Shown piece by piece: positions 12,083-40,181 of a stretch of DNA of 64,000 nt; positions within the stretch are counted from its first letter, which is position 1; each line of letters starts with the position of its first letter. Below the pieces are notes generated by a model. It searched no databases. It had not been told where the DNA came from and saw only the letters and a program-made list of their open reading frames with translations. Position numbers and translations under genes: made by a program. The stretch spans positions 62,001 to 126,000 of the forward strand of contig NIVC01002497.1 in assembly GCA_002269645.1 (NCBI GenBank), in the 5' to 3' direction. Source of the stretch: Macrostomum lignano. Lineage: Eukaryota.

Positions 12083-15000
12083 ATAGCCTGGGTAGCCAGC
12101 ATAGTTCGATCTGCCCGGCTAGAGAAAGAGTCTTAAGCTTAGATAAATAATAAAAGTTTTTGTTTAAATCTTCCGTCTATAAGTTTGTGTTATTTTAATT
12201 TCGATTTAAAACAAGTTCTAAAGAAACAAGGCAAAAAGAAATCATTGGTGCCTGCGTGGGTTGTGCGCGCCGTATGCGTATGTATAAATTGTTTTGGCGC
12301 GTCTTATTTTTTGTTTCAAATGCGCCGCCCAGTTTAATTGTTAACCCGCTGCTCCATTATGCCTTAATAGTGAAAAACGATACGTTTATAAAAAGATTGC
12401 ACTAGCGTGTAAGTTTGTGTGTTTTCTGCGCTTAGATTTTAGCATGTTAAAACCCACGGAACGATGGTCAGTTGCGCTTCTTTATTAACTTGTACGGCGC
12501 TTATTTATTTAGAAGTTTGTATTTTTTGCCCCAATGCGGCTTTTGGTTTTGTTATTTTATAGTCCGTTTTGTGCGCTTTCGGCAATTTCTGAAGACTTTG
12601 GAAAAAGTCGGTAATGTACATCAGCCTGTGGAGGTGTGATAACAAAGTTTATAAAACACTATTTTATTTATTTGTGTCGAATAAATCATATTTTAATCAG
12701 TCAGAAGTTCACCTAGAATACTTCACCCTCCCTACTTTATTTATCAATTGTTTGTTACGTCTGTTACTCAACTCCTTTGATTCCACTATTATTGGGCGGA
12801 CTCGCTTGAGTCTGGATTGTCCTTGCACTGCTGTGCTGCTCACCTTGGCAAAGACAAAGTCACTCATATTTATGTAATTGTTCTACTTTTTTGCCTCTTC
12901 TTGCGCCCACAGTTCTTCTCTGATACTTTATTTAATGCCTATTATTATTAATTATTGTTTTAAAAAATATCTTCCGTCAGCAATTTGTGCAAATTTATCA
13001 GCAAAATTAAATTTTATCTAGTGTTGCACCTGTGTCCGCTAAATTGACTCTAATTGAGTTCCTAAACGTGCTAAAACTTCACTATTACCAACAACACCTG
13101 TTGCTTGCGTTCCTTCTATTCCCTGAAACTAATTGGATTGTAGAATTTGATTTTTCTGTCTGTAATTGTTGTAATCTGTAATCCTTATTTCCTGCCGGGT
13201 TGGCAGACAATCCCGTATATCAGTGGTCGGCAAAGCCTCTCTATCCGGCCCTTGGGTCCTTTGGCCCGCTCAAGGTTTGTCTCTTTTCAGCTCTCTTATC
13301 TCCCCTCTCTCCTCTCTCATCTACCCTCTGATCTACTCTTCTCTCTTCTCCTCTGTTCCCTGTCTTCTTTCCTCTCCTCTCTCTGGCCCCCAAGTCATGC
13401 GCAGATTCTTTATCTGGCCCTTAAAAGTTAAACAGGTTCGCCGACCCATGCCGTATATTAATTTGCATAAAAAGTTTATCGAGTATTAATCAATTCCTGA
13501 AGACTACTAACCGGTAAAGTGCAAATTTGAAACTAGATAGCTTTGAATTGACGAGATTGTCTGCCCCCCCCCTCTTCGACCTGTTATTCTTCGGTGTGCA
13601 TTTATAATTATAATATATATAATATGATTTAAAAGTACGCAGGAAGAGAATTATATATATATATATATATAGAATTTGAAGATAATCCTTGCTGTCACTT
13701 TGCTATTTATTAAATTATTATATAGCCAATTTAGTCCATTGTTTATGCGTGTTCAGCTTTTGTTTAAATTAATTTATTCATCGTCCCATTTTCTTCAGGC
13801 TTTCTCCCCACACCCCCCGCCCCCAGATCATTTGTCTGCACATTCGAGTTTTGACGTCCTTCATTATCCGCTAACTGCCTACCCCAATTAGGGGCCTCTG
13901 TTTGCAAGGCGTACTTGTTCAAAATAAGTTTCTATTTTGTTTAACAAAGTTTTTTGTTTTTTTTTGCAAGAAGGTTACCTTGATAATAATAAAATTTGTC
14001 GCACAAATAATTCCGGTCAGTGCGGGATCTACTTTACCGATATTTTGTTGTGCTTGATAGTCAAGATATTTTCTCAACATTGGCGTATATTATTATTCAT
14101 ATTTAGAAGTTGGACGCCCGCTTGCTGTTATTTACAACATCTAAATAGGGTTTCAACTTTCTGTAAACTCAACTTATCAATAGACAGACAATCCGCTACT
14201 TGTTAAACTTCATACATTGTTCACACCAATTTGTTTGTTTACGTTTGTTCAATTATACTTTGCCTATACTAATAGTAATTGCGCTAATTTCTTTAATTTA
14301 CGAGGTATGTCTGTTATAATCTTATCATTGTTGTTTTCATTATAACTACTGTAATCATTGTTTTGATGCACAAATTTCGAGAGAGAAAGAATTATTAATT
14401 GTTTATTTAGTATTGTTGTAATCGTCAACCAAAAAAAATGAGATAACTGCCGCCGCTTTCATGTACTCGTTCTGCTTATTGTTATTTTTGTCCAGCCATT
14501 AACTACATAACATGTTGTTAACTGTTGGCTATTACTCGCCGTATAAAATTTAATCTGTGTGCCACTCAGACTGTGCTCACTTGAGCAGAATAAACTATAT
14601 GTATACAGTTAGAATAAATTATATCAACAGGGAGAGACGGTGACAGTCAATTGTGCGCCCTTTGCCTTTGAAAAATGAGTCTTTCTCCTTGCCAGTTTAG
14701 CCTAGACTCAATAGCAGCAGTGCGCCACTGTGGTTAACCAGCTCGTTTCTCTTTGCAAATTCATTGGAATGCAGCAAATTAGCAGAAGCATTTCCTTTCT
14801 TTAAATATATCGATTGCTGAAGCTTTCGGGTCTTTGAATTGAGTTATTTAGTTGGCGCTATTAAAGAGATAATAAGAGAAAGTATGCCAGTCATGGCCGG
14901 GTAGCCAAGTATCCGAGTCTATTGTAGCAATTCAATTTGCTGTCAGCTAACTGTCCCGGATGGCAACCGTGTGTTTAAATTCGCCTGTTTGAGTCTAAGT

Positions 15001-17197
15001 TATCTATAGTCAATAATTTTGATAGTCTCAACTAACTAGTAAGTCCCAAACTAATAAATGTGCCTAACGCTCGATATTTTTTTAATTATTAAATAAATCT
15101 TAGGCTTTGGTGTTCATTTTTTTATCAAATTCGTATTTTATTACTAACCACAGTAGCGTGTACGCCTTCGATAAATCAAATGCTGCACATATTTAATTTT
15201 GCATTTGAATCGCGTTAGAATTAGAAGCGAAAAATGCTTTTCTTACTTGACCTGGAATTGGATATCTAATATAGTGCAATTCACTGCGTCTGTAATCCGT
15301 TTCATTCCCAATATACTTAGACTCGCTTTATTCAATTTATTTCAATAATACTGTAACCATGCGCGTTAGAGGCCGTCTGCGGTCTGCAATTTCTCTATTT
15401 CTACTGGGTGCTCTTACACTCCGACCTTTGCTTGTGTAATACTAACAGTAATAATGTACGAGTATGTATGCAAGTTAATGCTGTCTTCTTCTGCCAGTCA
15501 GCTTTGCTGCTTTTCCAGCTTACCTTTCAACCTGGTTGTTTCAAATTCAGTTTTTCTGTGCTCGGTTTTTTTAAAAAGACTTTTCCGTTGCCTGTTGATT
15601 GTGTGTTTTCTGCGGCTCATTAACCAATTAATAAGTTAGGGCTTTTACTTCCTTTATAATTATGCTACTTATCTCTTTTATTAGTAGTATTTGTGTGTGT
15701 TTATTTTCTCTTTTTAAACAGCGTTTTTTTGTAAATACTCTAGTATCCCTTGCCATCGCGCTGGGCAAAGCGCTGTTGAGGTTTTTCTTTGCTAATTTAT
15801 TTTTGATTTTGAAAGCTGGAAATTCGATCATCTATTTGAGCAGATGGCAGAATTGAGTAGTTCATGGGCTGTTGCACAATTTGTTACATTTATTCGCTTG
15901 TTTCTCTCTCGATTTCTGTAGAAGCTTAAGCACAAGCCTGGCCCAGTTTATTAATTAATTTTTCCTTCCCTAACCCGTTTACTTCCAATCCAGACCGTTG
16001 GTTTTCTATTTTTATTATAAAGCGCGCCCAATTCTTGCAAAAGTTGTCTTTGTTCGCTAACCAAGTTTCTATTAGTTTAAACAAATCAAATTTTCCTGGG
16101 CTGGGCAATGCGCCCGCTCTAAGATGCGCCGTTTTCTAATATATTCGATCTGTGTGTTTGCGCTTCTGTTTTCGCCGCGATCGCCTAATTAATTATTAGT
16201 TATCTCAATTTAGTAAGTCTGCTAGTTTTGTCGATAATCAATGTCGATAAATAAAAAGTTACTGAATCCGCGAAATTCTCCGGGCTGTTTAATTACTATT
16301 GATTAGTTTAATTATTAAATTACGATTTAATGACGGCTTATTAGTTTGATTTTGTTCAATTTTATGAGAACTCGCGTCTCAACACAGTCTCTACCGCTGA
16401 TAATAATCGGCAAATTTTAGACTAGCTATTAGCCAGCAACACTTGTCGAGTACATAGTTTAGTTGCAGTGACAAAGAGATGGGCGCTAGTGTTGTAATTG
16501 TAAATAATATTTCTGCAATCTGCTGGCAATTTACACCCGGCAATTTCGTGGCCTCGCCCAAGACCATGGAAATGGGGGCGAAACCGCTTCATTTAGTGTT
16601 CCTAAACTGTAAGATTAAAAAACCGCTTGGCGCTCGTCTCCGGTCTGTTTAATTTTATTTCAACCCTCAATGTACAGTGCGGGTTCAATGTACAGCGAAG
16701 CTGAGAGTGTACATTTGGTTTGGGGGTCGGAGGAAGCCCTTTGCTTGTTGGAGTTTCCGTCACTCGCTACACGCGTGTTAGCTTGGGGGCACCCCAGGTC
16801 CTCTCCGTGTACAGTTCAGTTTAAGGACAAAATAGCTCACAAACCAGCGCAGGCCAATGCCGGCCCGATGGGGCAGAGATTCACGTTCAAGGTCGGGGAA
16901 TTCCAAACTCTCCAACCCCCTCAGCCCGCTCCAGCGCCTATAAAAGAAGGCAGGTTTTGCCCTGTCAGGGTCTCGTCTGCCTCAGCTATTCTCGCCTCCT
17001 CTTCGCTATCTCGCTTGCATAGGGAGGGCTTTATATCCACACACACGCTCGTACCCTAGATCAACAACCACCCCACTCCTTCCAGCTGTCTGTGTACGCG
17101 CGCCCCCTGATCCAATTGTCCTTGTTATCCTTAAAGCAATACTCGGGTCAGTAGCGCAGCTTCTTGTTTAGGTCTCTTAGAGGGCCAGACGCTCAGA

Positions 17198-22238
<5,041 letters not shown>

Positions 22239-23294
22239 GCTGCGGGCTGCTGATTTCCAAGCAGCTGATGCTCCACACATCGGGACTGGAATGATTTTGA
22301 ACTTTTTATTTTTAGCCATCCAATCAGTGAATAGAATGAGGAAGGGTTGGTACTGAGGTGGTTGGCTAATGGCTGAATCGGGCAGCCAATCAGCTAGCAG
22401 AATGGGGAAGGGTTGGGAGTGAGTTGGCTGGCTAAGAGCTCCAAATTGTCCAAGATATAACGTATATTGAAAAAATTGTTACTGATTTTACCCTAGCTAG
22501 TTGAGAAATCAATATAAGAATGGAACGAAAAAAATAGAAAACATCAATTAATGAATCGTTTTTCGTTCCATTCTTTACGAGCGTACAGGGGCTGTAAATC
22601 TGCTTCCGTGTTTCGTGTCGCCTATACTCAGTTTTGCATTGTGAAACGCCCCTAACTTTTAATTATAGCTTGTATTTTACCTGCCTCTCCTTTCGGCGCC
22701 TTCAACAGAATTAAGTAATTTCTGCAACTAACATGCGTTCATATAAATCAATCTTCTTCAAGCTTGAGAATCAGGCTTCGGCCGAGGGAAATGCGTCATT
22801 GAAATAAAGAAATTGCCAGTTTTATATTTTGTAATGGTTAGTTATTCGGCAGTAACTCATACCGCATTGTGGCTGATTTTCGGAGCCGTGAATCTTGCAT
22901 TCTGCTCACTTCTACTAAGTATGGCGATTGCACTCATCCATAGCATTGCGCAACTCGCTGTACAAAGACTCTATTGCCTAGTCTTTGTATCAATTCGATC
23001 AACACGCATCACTACAATATGCATGCCTTACAAGTCTAAAGTAATTGTCAAGTACAACCCTAAACTTTCTTTTTTAGTGCGTTTCTTTAAAAGTTCTATA
23101 TTTCCGCTTACAAATTTATTGTACCTACCGATTCCGAAATGCTAAACGTATGCGTATCAGTGCTAAAAGTGTGCCCGGCTCTTGCGGCACCTGTGGCGGA
23201 CACAAATAATTATTTAATGTCAATGCGTATTTTATTACCGGCTAATCTATGCAAATTACGTTTTCCCTGCTTTTCTAGCTATTTATTCAATTTG

Positions 23295-26015
23295 AGCGAT
23301 TCTCAGACAGTGATACTGGGGGGGTTAGGGGCGATTCTCAGACAGTGATACTGGGGGGTCAGGGGCGATTCTCAGACAGTGATACTGGGGGGTTAGGGGC
23401 GATTCTCAGACAGTGATACTGGGGGGTCAGGGGCGATTCTCAGACAGTGATACCGGGGGTTAGGGGCGATTCTCAGACAGTGATACTGGGGGGTTAGGGG
23501 CGATTCTCAGACAGTGATACCGGGGGGTTAGGGGCGATTCTCAGACAGTGATACCGGGGGGTTAGGGGCGATTCTCAGACAGTGATACCGGGGGGTTAGG
23601 GGCGATTCTCAGACACTGATACCGGGGGGTTAGGGGCGATTCTCAGACAGTGATACCGGGGGGTTAGGGGCGATTCTCAGACAGTGATACCGGGGGTTAG
23701 GGGCGATTCTCAGACAGTGATACCGGGGGTTAGGGGCGATTCTCAGACACTGATACCGGGGGGTTAGGGGCGATTCTCAGACAGTGATACCGGGGGTTAG
23801 GGGCGATTCTCAGACACTGATACCGGGGGGTCAGGGGCGATTCTCAGACAGTGATACTGGGGGGTTAGGGGCGATTCTCAGACAGTGATACTGGGGGTTA
23901 GGGGCGATTCTCAGACAGTGATACTGGGGGGTTAGGGGCGATTCTCAGACAGTGATACTGGGGGGTCAGGGGCGATTCTCAGACAGTGATACCGGGGGGT
24001 TAGGGGCGATTCTCAGACAGTGATACTGGGGGTTAGGGGCGATTCTCAGACAGTGATACCGGGGGGTTAGGGGCGATTCTCAGACAGTGATACCGGGGGT
24101 TAGGGGCGATTCTCAGACAGTGATACCGGGGGGTTAGGGGCGATTCTCAGACACTGATACCGGGGGTTAGGGGCGATTCTCAGACAGTGATACCGGGGGT
24201 TAGGGGCGATTCTCAGACAGTGATACTGGGGGGTTAGGGGCGATTCTCAGACAGTGATACTGGGGGGTTAGGGGCGATTCTCAGACAGTGATACTGGGGG
24301 GTTGTGAGCAGTTCTCAGACAGTGATACTGGGGGGTTGTGAGCAGTTCTCAGACAGTGATACTGGGGGGTTGTGAGCAGTTCTCAGACAGTGATATTGGG
24401 GGGTTGTGAGCAATTCTCAGACAGTGATACTGGGGGGTTGTGAGCAATTCTCAGACAGTGATACTGGGGGGTTGTGAGCAATTCTCAGACAGTGATACTG
24501 GGGGGTTGTGAGCAGTTCTCAGACAGTGATACTGTGGGGTTGTGAGCAATTCTCAGACAGTGATACTGGGGGGTTGTGAGCAATTCTCAGACAGTGATAC
24601 TGGGGGGTTGGGGACGATTCTAAGACAGTGATACTGGGGGGTTAGGGACGATTCTCAGACAGTGATACTGGGGGGTCAGGGGCGATTCTCAGACAGTGAT
24701 ACTGGGGGGTCAGGGGCGATTCTCAGACAGTGATACTGGGGGTTAGGGGCGATTCTCAGACAGTGATACTGGGGGTCAGGGGCGATTCTCAGACAGTGAT
24801 ACTGGGGGGTTAGGGGCGATTCTCAGACAGTGATACTGCGGGGTCAGGGGCGATTCTCAGACAGTGATACTGGGGGTTAGGGGCGATTCTCAGACAGTGA
24901 TACTGGGGGTTAGGGGCGATTCTCAGACAGTGATACTGGGGGTTAGGGGCGATTCTCAGACAGTGATACTGGGGGTCAGGGGCGATTCTCAGACAGTGAT
25001 ACTGGGGGGTCAGGGGCGATTCTCAGACAGTGATACCGGGGGGTGGGGCGATTCTCAGACAGTGATACTGGGGGGTCAGGGGCGATTCTCAGACAGTGAT
25101 ACTGGGGGGTTAGGGGCGATTCTCAGACAGTGATACTGGGGGTCAGGGGCGATTCTCAGACAGTGATACTGGGGGTTAGGGGCGATTCTCAGACAGTGAT
25201 ACTGGGGGGTCAGGGGCGATTCTCAGACAGTGATACTGGGGGGTTAGGGGCGATTCTCAGACAGTGATACCGGGGGGTGGTGGGCGATTCTCAGACAGTG
25301 ATACTGGGGGGTCAGGGGCGATTCTCAGACAGTGATACTGGGGGGTTAGGGGCGATTCTCAGACAGTGATACTGGGAGGTTAGGGGCGATTCTCAGACAG
25401 TGATACCGGTGGGTTGTGAGCGATTCTCAGACAGTGATACCGGTGGGTTGTGAGCGATTCTCAGACAGTGATACTGGGGGGTCAGGGGCGATTCTCAGAC
25501 AGTGATACTGGGGGGTTAGGGGCGATTCTCAGACAGTGATTCTGGGGGGTCAGGGGCGATTCTCAGACAGTGATACTGGGGGGTTAGGGGCGATTCTCAA
25601 ACAGTGATACCGGGGGTTAGGGGCGATTCTCAGACAGTGATACTGGGAGGTTAGGGGCGATTCTCAGACAGTGATACCGGTGGGTTGTGAGCGATTCTCA
25701 GACAGTGATACCGGTGGGTTGTGAGCGATTCTCAGACAGTGATACTGGGGGGTCAGGGGCGATTCTCAGACAGTGATACTGGGGGGTTAGGGGCGATTCT
25801 CAGACAGTGATTCTGGGGGTCAGGGGCGATTCTCAGACAGTGATACTGGGGGTTAGGGGCGATTCTCAGACAGTGATACTGGGGGTTAGGGGCGATTCTC
25901 AAACAGTGATACCGGGGGTTAGGGGCGATTCTCAGACAGTGATACTGGGGGGTTAGGGGCGATTCTCAAACAGTGATACTGGGGGGTTAGGGGCGATTCT
26001 CAGACAGTGATTTTG
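23295..26015. repeat. Minisatellite, ~33-bp unit GGGCGATTCTCAGACAGTGATACTGGGGGGTTAG
   Basis: 2.7-kb array between the convergent MTHFR and DC-STAMP genes, with blocks of a variant unit (GTTGTGAGCA). Confidence 0.97.
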
Positions 26016-26336
26016 GGAGGAAGGGTTGTGAGGGATTTTCAGACAGCGATACGGGGAATGCAATTCCCAAAAAAATTTTTATCCTTCATAAGGTTCTCTA
26101 AAAGATGAAAATTAATAAATCTGTAGAAGCTCTTCTGTGAAGTTTGGACAATAGTTTTATTTTATCCTCGTACCCGCGTATCACTTCATGCGCAATTACG
26201 AGCTAATATGCTTAAATATATATATATTGAACCCAAAAGGACAGGCAGGATAGCTATGATAAACATAATTTCACTATCTCAGTCAGGTATAAACTCTTCT
26301 AGTCACTTAGAAGTTACAGTGAAGGCCGTTGCACTA

Positions 26337-35350
<9,014 letters not shown>

Positions 35351-37162
35351 GCTTCGGTTTGTTGCCTTTGTCAGAACTGCTTTATGGGAAGCTTTTGTCT
35401 TTTATCCTAGCTAGCTCAGTTGATTGCGGTGCAGCCAAACTAAAGTATTCTGCAGCTTGATGACGCGGCTCTCAGTTCGGGTTCCGACCATAGAATAACC
35501 ATAGCTTCGTGTGTTCACTGCTCATTGACGAGCCTAAATTGAAGCTTTGGCTCTCAAGTGACCGTAAGAGCAATAATGCGTACTATCGGCTTTTATTATT
35601 GCACTAGCGTCTAGCTGAGATTGGAATTATTACACTAACTATCGATACTTTCTATCTGGGGGATGCTTGCTATTTGGGGGATGTTTGCTATCTGGGGGAT
35701 GCTTGCTATCTGGGGGATGCTTTCTGGGGGATGCTTGCTATCGTGGGGGGGGGTGCTTGCTACAGGTATTTGGGGGATGCTTTCTATTTGGGGATGCTTG
35801 CTATCTGGGGGGGATGCTTTCTATTTGGGGGATGTTTGCTATCTGGGGGATGCTTGCTATTTGGGATGCTTGCTATCGGGGGGAGGGGGTGCTACAGGTA
35901 TTTGGGGGATGCTTGCTATCTGGGGGATGCTTGCTATTTGGGGGATGCTTGCTATTTGGGGGATGTTTGCTATTTTGGGGGATACTTGCTATCTGGGGGG
36001 ATGCTTGCTATCTGGGGGATACTTGCTATCTGGGGGATGCTTGCTATCTGGGGGGATGCTTGCTATCTGTGGGATGCTTGCTATCTGTGGGATGCTTGCT
36101 ATCTGTGGGATGCTTGCTATCGGGGGGAGGGGGTGCTACAGGTATTTGTGGGATGCTTGCTATCTGGGGGATGCTTGCTATCTGGGGGATGCTTGCTATC
36201 TGGGGGATGCTTGCTATCTGGGGGATGCTTGCTATCTGGGGGATGTTTGCTATCTAAGGGGATGCTTGCTATCTGGGGGGATGCTTGCTATCTGGGGGAT
36301 GCTTGCTATCTGGGGGATGCTTGCTATCTGGGGGGATGCTTGCTATCTGTGGGATGCTTGCTATTTGGGATGCTTGCTATCGGGGGGAGGGGGTGCTACA
36401 GGTATTTGGGGATGCTTGCTATCTGGGGGATGCTTGCTATTTGGGGGATGTTTGCTATTTGGGGGATGCTTGCTATTTGGGGGATGTTTGCTATTTTGGG
36501 GGATGCTTGCTATCTGGGGGATGCTTGCTATCTGGGGGATGCTTGCTATCTGGGGGATGCTTGCTATTTGGGGGATGTTTGCTATCTGGGGGGATGCTTG
36601 CTATCTGGGGATGCTTGCTTTTTGGGGGATGCTTGCTATCTGGGGGATGCTTGCTATCTGGGGGGTGCTTGCTACAGGTATTTGGGGGATGCTGTCTATC
36701 TGGGGGATGCTTGCTATCTGGGGGATGCTTGCTATTTGGGATGCTTGCTATCGGGGGGAGGGGGTGCTACAGGTATTTGGGGATGCTTGCTATTTGGGGG
36801 ATGCTTGCTATCTGGGGGATGCTTGCTATCTGGGGGATGCTTGCTATTTGGGGGATGCTTTCTGTTAGGCTTGGGCGGGGCTTCGCACTGTTTACTCTTT
36901 GAATGCTTATTCCACTGGTGCTTGTACTTTTGTTCTGTCTGAGTGTACGCGTCAAATTATTATTGTCATCGTGCTCTGATGTGCAGTGCGGTGAGTTTTA
37001 GTCCTGGGTTGGGGGGTTGTCGCGGGCTTGTGCTTTATCGTTGATAATAAATAGTTTCGCATGGAGCATTGGCTCAGAACTCTCGTGATTCTCGTTTCAT
37101 AGCAAGTGCTCGCCTTGGCTTGTCATTTCTAACATTTTGGCGTCGCGAGCAGGATTGCATGC

Positions 37163-37790
37163 ATGTCTATCAAGCTACGAGACCCACTGCCACTGGAAAG
37201 CATTGAAGAGCTGCGGGCATGGGTCGAAGTCTTCGATGCTCAAGCGAGGTCAAAAGGAGTGCAGGACACCGACGGCAACCTGGCACTGACAGATGCCTTT
37301 CTGGGCTGTCTGGGCGTGGCTCAGCTAATCAAAGTGAAGCAGCTGGTGGCACCAAGCCAGCTTTCTAAGATGAAGTGGGCCGACATCAAAGCGTGCTTTG
37401 TTCGATTTTTGGAACCCCAGAAAAGGCTGCTGATTTCGGAGCGGGCGGCCTTCATGTCCATGCGCCAGGGCGAGGGTGACAGCATCACCGGCTTCGCTGC
37501 CCGTCTTCGAGAACAGGCAGTGGTGTGCGAGTTCGAGAAGCTGAAGGACGAGGATGTGAACCCAGCAGAGCAGCTGATCAAAATGCGACTGATTGCTGGC
37601 CTCAGAAATCAAGACATCAGAAGCAAAGTGCTCGAATGTGAGGTTTCTTCGGAGCTTTCGGTGGACCAGATTTCAGACTATGTCCAGCAGCTACAGATGG
37701 TGAGCACCTTCTTGACTGGGCCGCTGACTGCGTTAGGCCATGCTCAAGTTGGTTCAGTGGTGCATCAGACGGCGCCTAGCCATGATGCGC
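37163..37790 (+). CDS. Gag of the LTR element (truncated before the zinc knuckle)
   Basis: ERAAFMSMRQGEGDSITGFAARLREQAVVCEF...LIAGLRNQDIRSKVLE is the retrotransposon gag motif. Confidence 0.85.
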
Positions 37791-40181
37791 CACGCTGGGA
37801 CCTCGAAGACGCGGCCGGTGTCAATACCCCACTCCAGAGAGCTGCCATTGGCGCTGCGTCCGTTAGTAAAAAAGGAGCTGGACTTGATGGAGAAGGCGGG
37901 AATAATCGAGAGGGTGACATCGTCGGAGTGGGGCAGCCCGATTGTGGTGACGGTGAAGTCGGACAAGGCGTCAGTGAGGATTTGCGGAGATTACACAGCA
38001 GTCAATCAGTGGGTGCAGGATCAGACATACCTGACTCCATCAATAGAGACAGCGTTTTCCAAGATGGCCAACAAGAATCTGTTTTGCCGTCTTGACCTTT
38101 CTGATGCCTATTATCAAATACCGCTGGAGAATGAGTCTAAAGACATCACCACCATCAACACTCCATTTGGCTGTTATCGCTTCAATAGGCTGCCGTACGG
38201 CATCAAGGTCTCTCCGTCTGTGTTCCAGCGTGAGATGGAGAAGCTGCTAGGCGAAAATCCAGGTGTCATTGTGTATCAGGATGACGTCCTCATGGGCGCG
38301 GTGACGAAGGCAGAGTTGGAAAACATTCGCACAGGGATACTCGACAAGCTGAGAGCGGCAAATGTTAAAGTCAATGAAGCAAAGTGCATCATGGAAGCAC
38401 CCAGTTTGAAGTTCCTTGGCCACATAATCGATGAGGAAGGGATCAAGCCAGATCCTGGCATGGTCCAGCGGATTCAAGACGTGGAAGCTCCAAAGAACAA
38501 GAAGGACCTCGAGCGGTTTCTTGGACTGGCCCAGTTCTACGGTCGGTTGGTCCCCAATTTTGCTGAGAAGTGCCGGCCTTTGCAGGAACTTCGCCGGGCG
38601 GACCGGGTGTTCGAGTGGAGTTCTGTGGCCGAAGCTGCGTTTGCCCGTGTAAAGCAGAGCCTGAGTTCGAATCCGTGCGTGAAACCATTTGATGTCAGCT
38701 CTCCTGTCTGTCTCCGCGTGGATGCTAGTGAGCAGTCATTGGGTGCTGTTCTGGTGCAGTCAGGTCATCCGGATATGTACCTGTCACGTGCTCTGACGAA
38801 GTCTGAAGCAAATTACTCGAACATTGAGAGAGAGGCCCTTGCAATTGTTTGGGCAGTAGAGAGAGCTCGCAAGATGTTGCTAGGCAAGAGGTTCACTCTC
38901 CAGACCGACCATGAGCCGCTGAAGTATATTTTCAATCCGAGCAAAAGCCTCCCCAAAACGGTGTCAGCAAGACTAATGCGCTGGGCTTTGAGACTGTCGG
39001 CTTTCGATTACGTGGTCGAGTACGTGCCTGGGAGGCTGATGACGGATGCTGATGCTTTGTCACGTTTGAGCTTCGCCGAGCAAGATGCACAGAATGACTT
39101 AATTCACCAGCTGGAGTCTGAGGTCGTCACTGAAGGAGCTCTGATGACCTTGCAAGACCTTCATGAAGGAACTCGGAGGTGTTCGCTGTTGACACGGCTC
39201 CGGCAGAGAATCAGAACCGGCAGGTGGGGCCAGGTGTCGCAGGTGGAGAGACCGTACAAGGCGTGTCGTGAGGCTCTGTCAGTGGAAGATGGCCTGGTGA
39301 TCCATGGAACCAGAATTGTGCCGCCACCCATTCTCCGCAGGCGCATCCTGGAGGCGGCCCATGACGAAGTACACCCGAGTGCTGATAACACCAAGGCGCA
39401 CATCTCCAAGGAATTCTGGTGGCCTGGCCTGGATCGCGAGGTGCGGACTTTTGTGGAGCGCTGTCAGCAGTGCTCAGAAACTCGACCGGTGCTTCAGCGG
39501 AAAATCGACATCTGGCCAGCCGAGAGTGAGCCATGGGCGCGAGTTCACATGGACCACTGTGAGATCTCTGGTGCAGGGCTGCTCCTGCTGTTGTTCGACT
39601 CCTATTCAGGGTGGCCTGAGGCGATTCAGGTGCCTGATCGATCTGCAGAAAGTGTACTGCGTGTTCTGAGAGCGGTGTTTGCGAGGAATGGAGTGCCTCA
39701 GACGCTGGTGTCGGACAATGCGCCGGAGTTCAAGTCGGAGAAGGTCTCGCAGTGGCTGCGCAGCATTGGTTGTCGTGAACTGCACACCCCGCCGTATCAT
39801 CCCGCCTCGAATGGTCAGGCCGAGAGACTGGTGCGAATCATCAAGGATGGTCTCAGAGCGTGGACGAAGGTGGTGCCGTTCGACCATTTTCTGCAAAAGC
39901 TGTTGCTGACGATAAGGACCAGCCGGCCAAGCGGCAATCGCGCTGCCTCTCCAGACATCTTCATGTGGGGCCGTCGGCTTCGACACCCGCTGACAATGAC
40001 GGAGCAAGCTGGCGATCCAATCTGGCTGAGGATGCGACCTGGAACTCCTCCGGTGCCAGCCAAGTTCGTGCGTGGTGCAGCACGGCCTGAACACGGCGCT
40101 CGTCACTCCGGCCGATCAGCCTGGCGGCGGCCTGCGGCTGGCGCACTCAAATCAGTGGACCGGCCGGCCGGACTCTCCTAA
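37781..40181 (+). CDS. Pol (RT-RNase H-integrase) of the LTR element; no protease; frameshift near the integrase C-terminus
   Basis: RT: LDLSDAYYQIPL, RLPYGI, YQDD. RNase H: DASEQSLGAVL, NYSNIEREALA, TDHEPL. Integrase: H-H-C-C, VHMDH, VSDNAPEF, SNGQAER. The GPY/F-like tail (QHGLNTALV...AHSNQ) continues in another frame from ~40075. Confidence 0.93.

Noticed and set aside
15926-16108. Minus ORF containing IETWL, as a LINE endonuclease fragment
   Set aside because: A single short motif without the other APE motifs.
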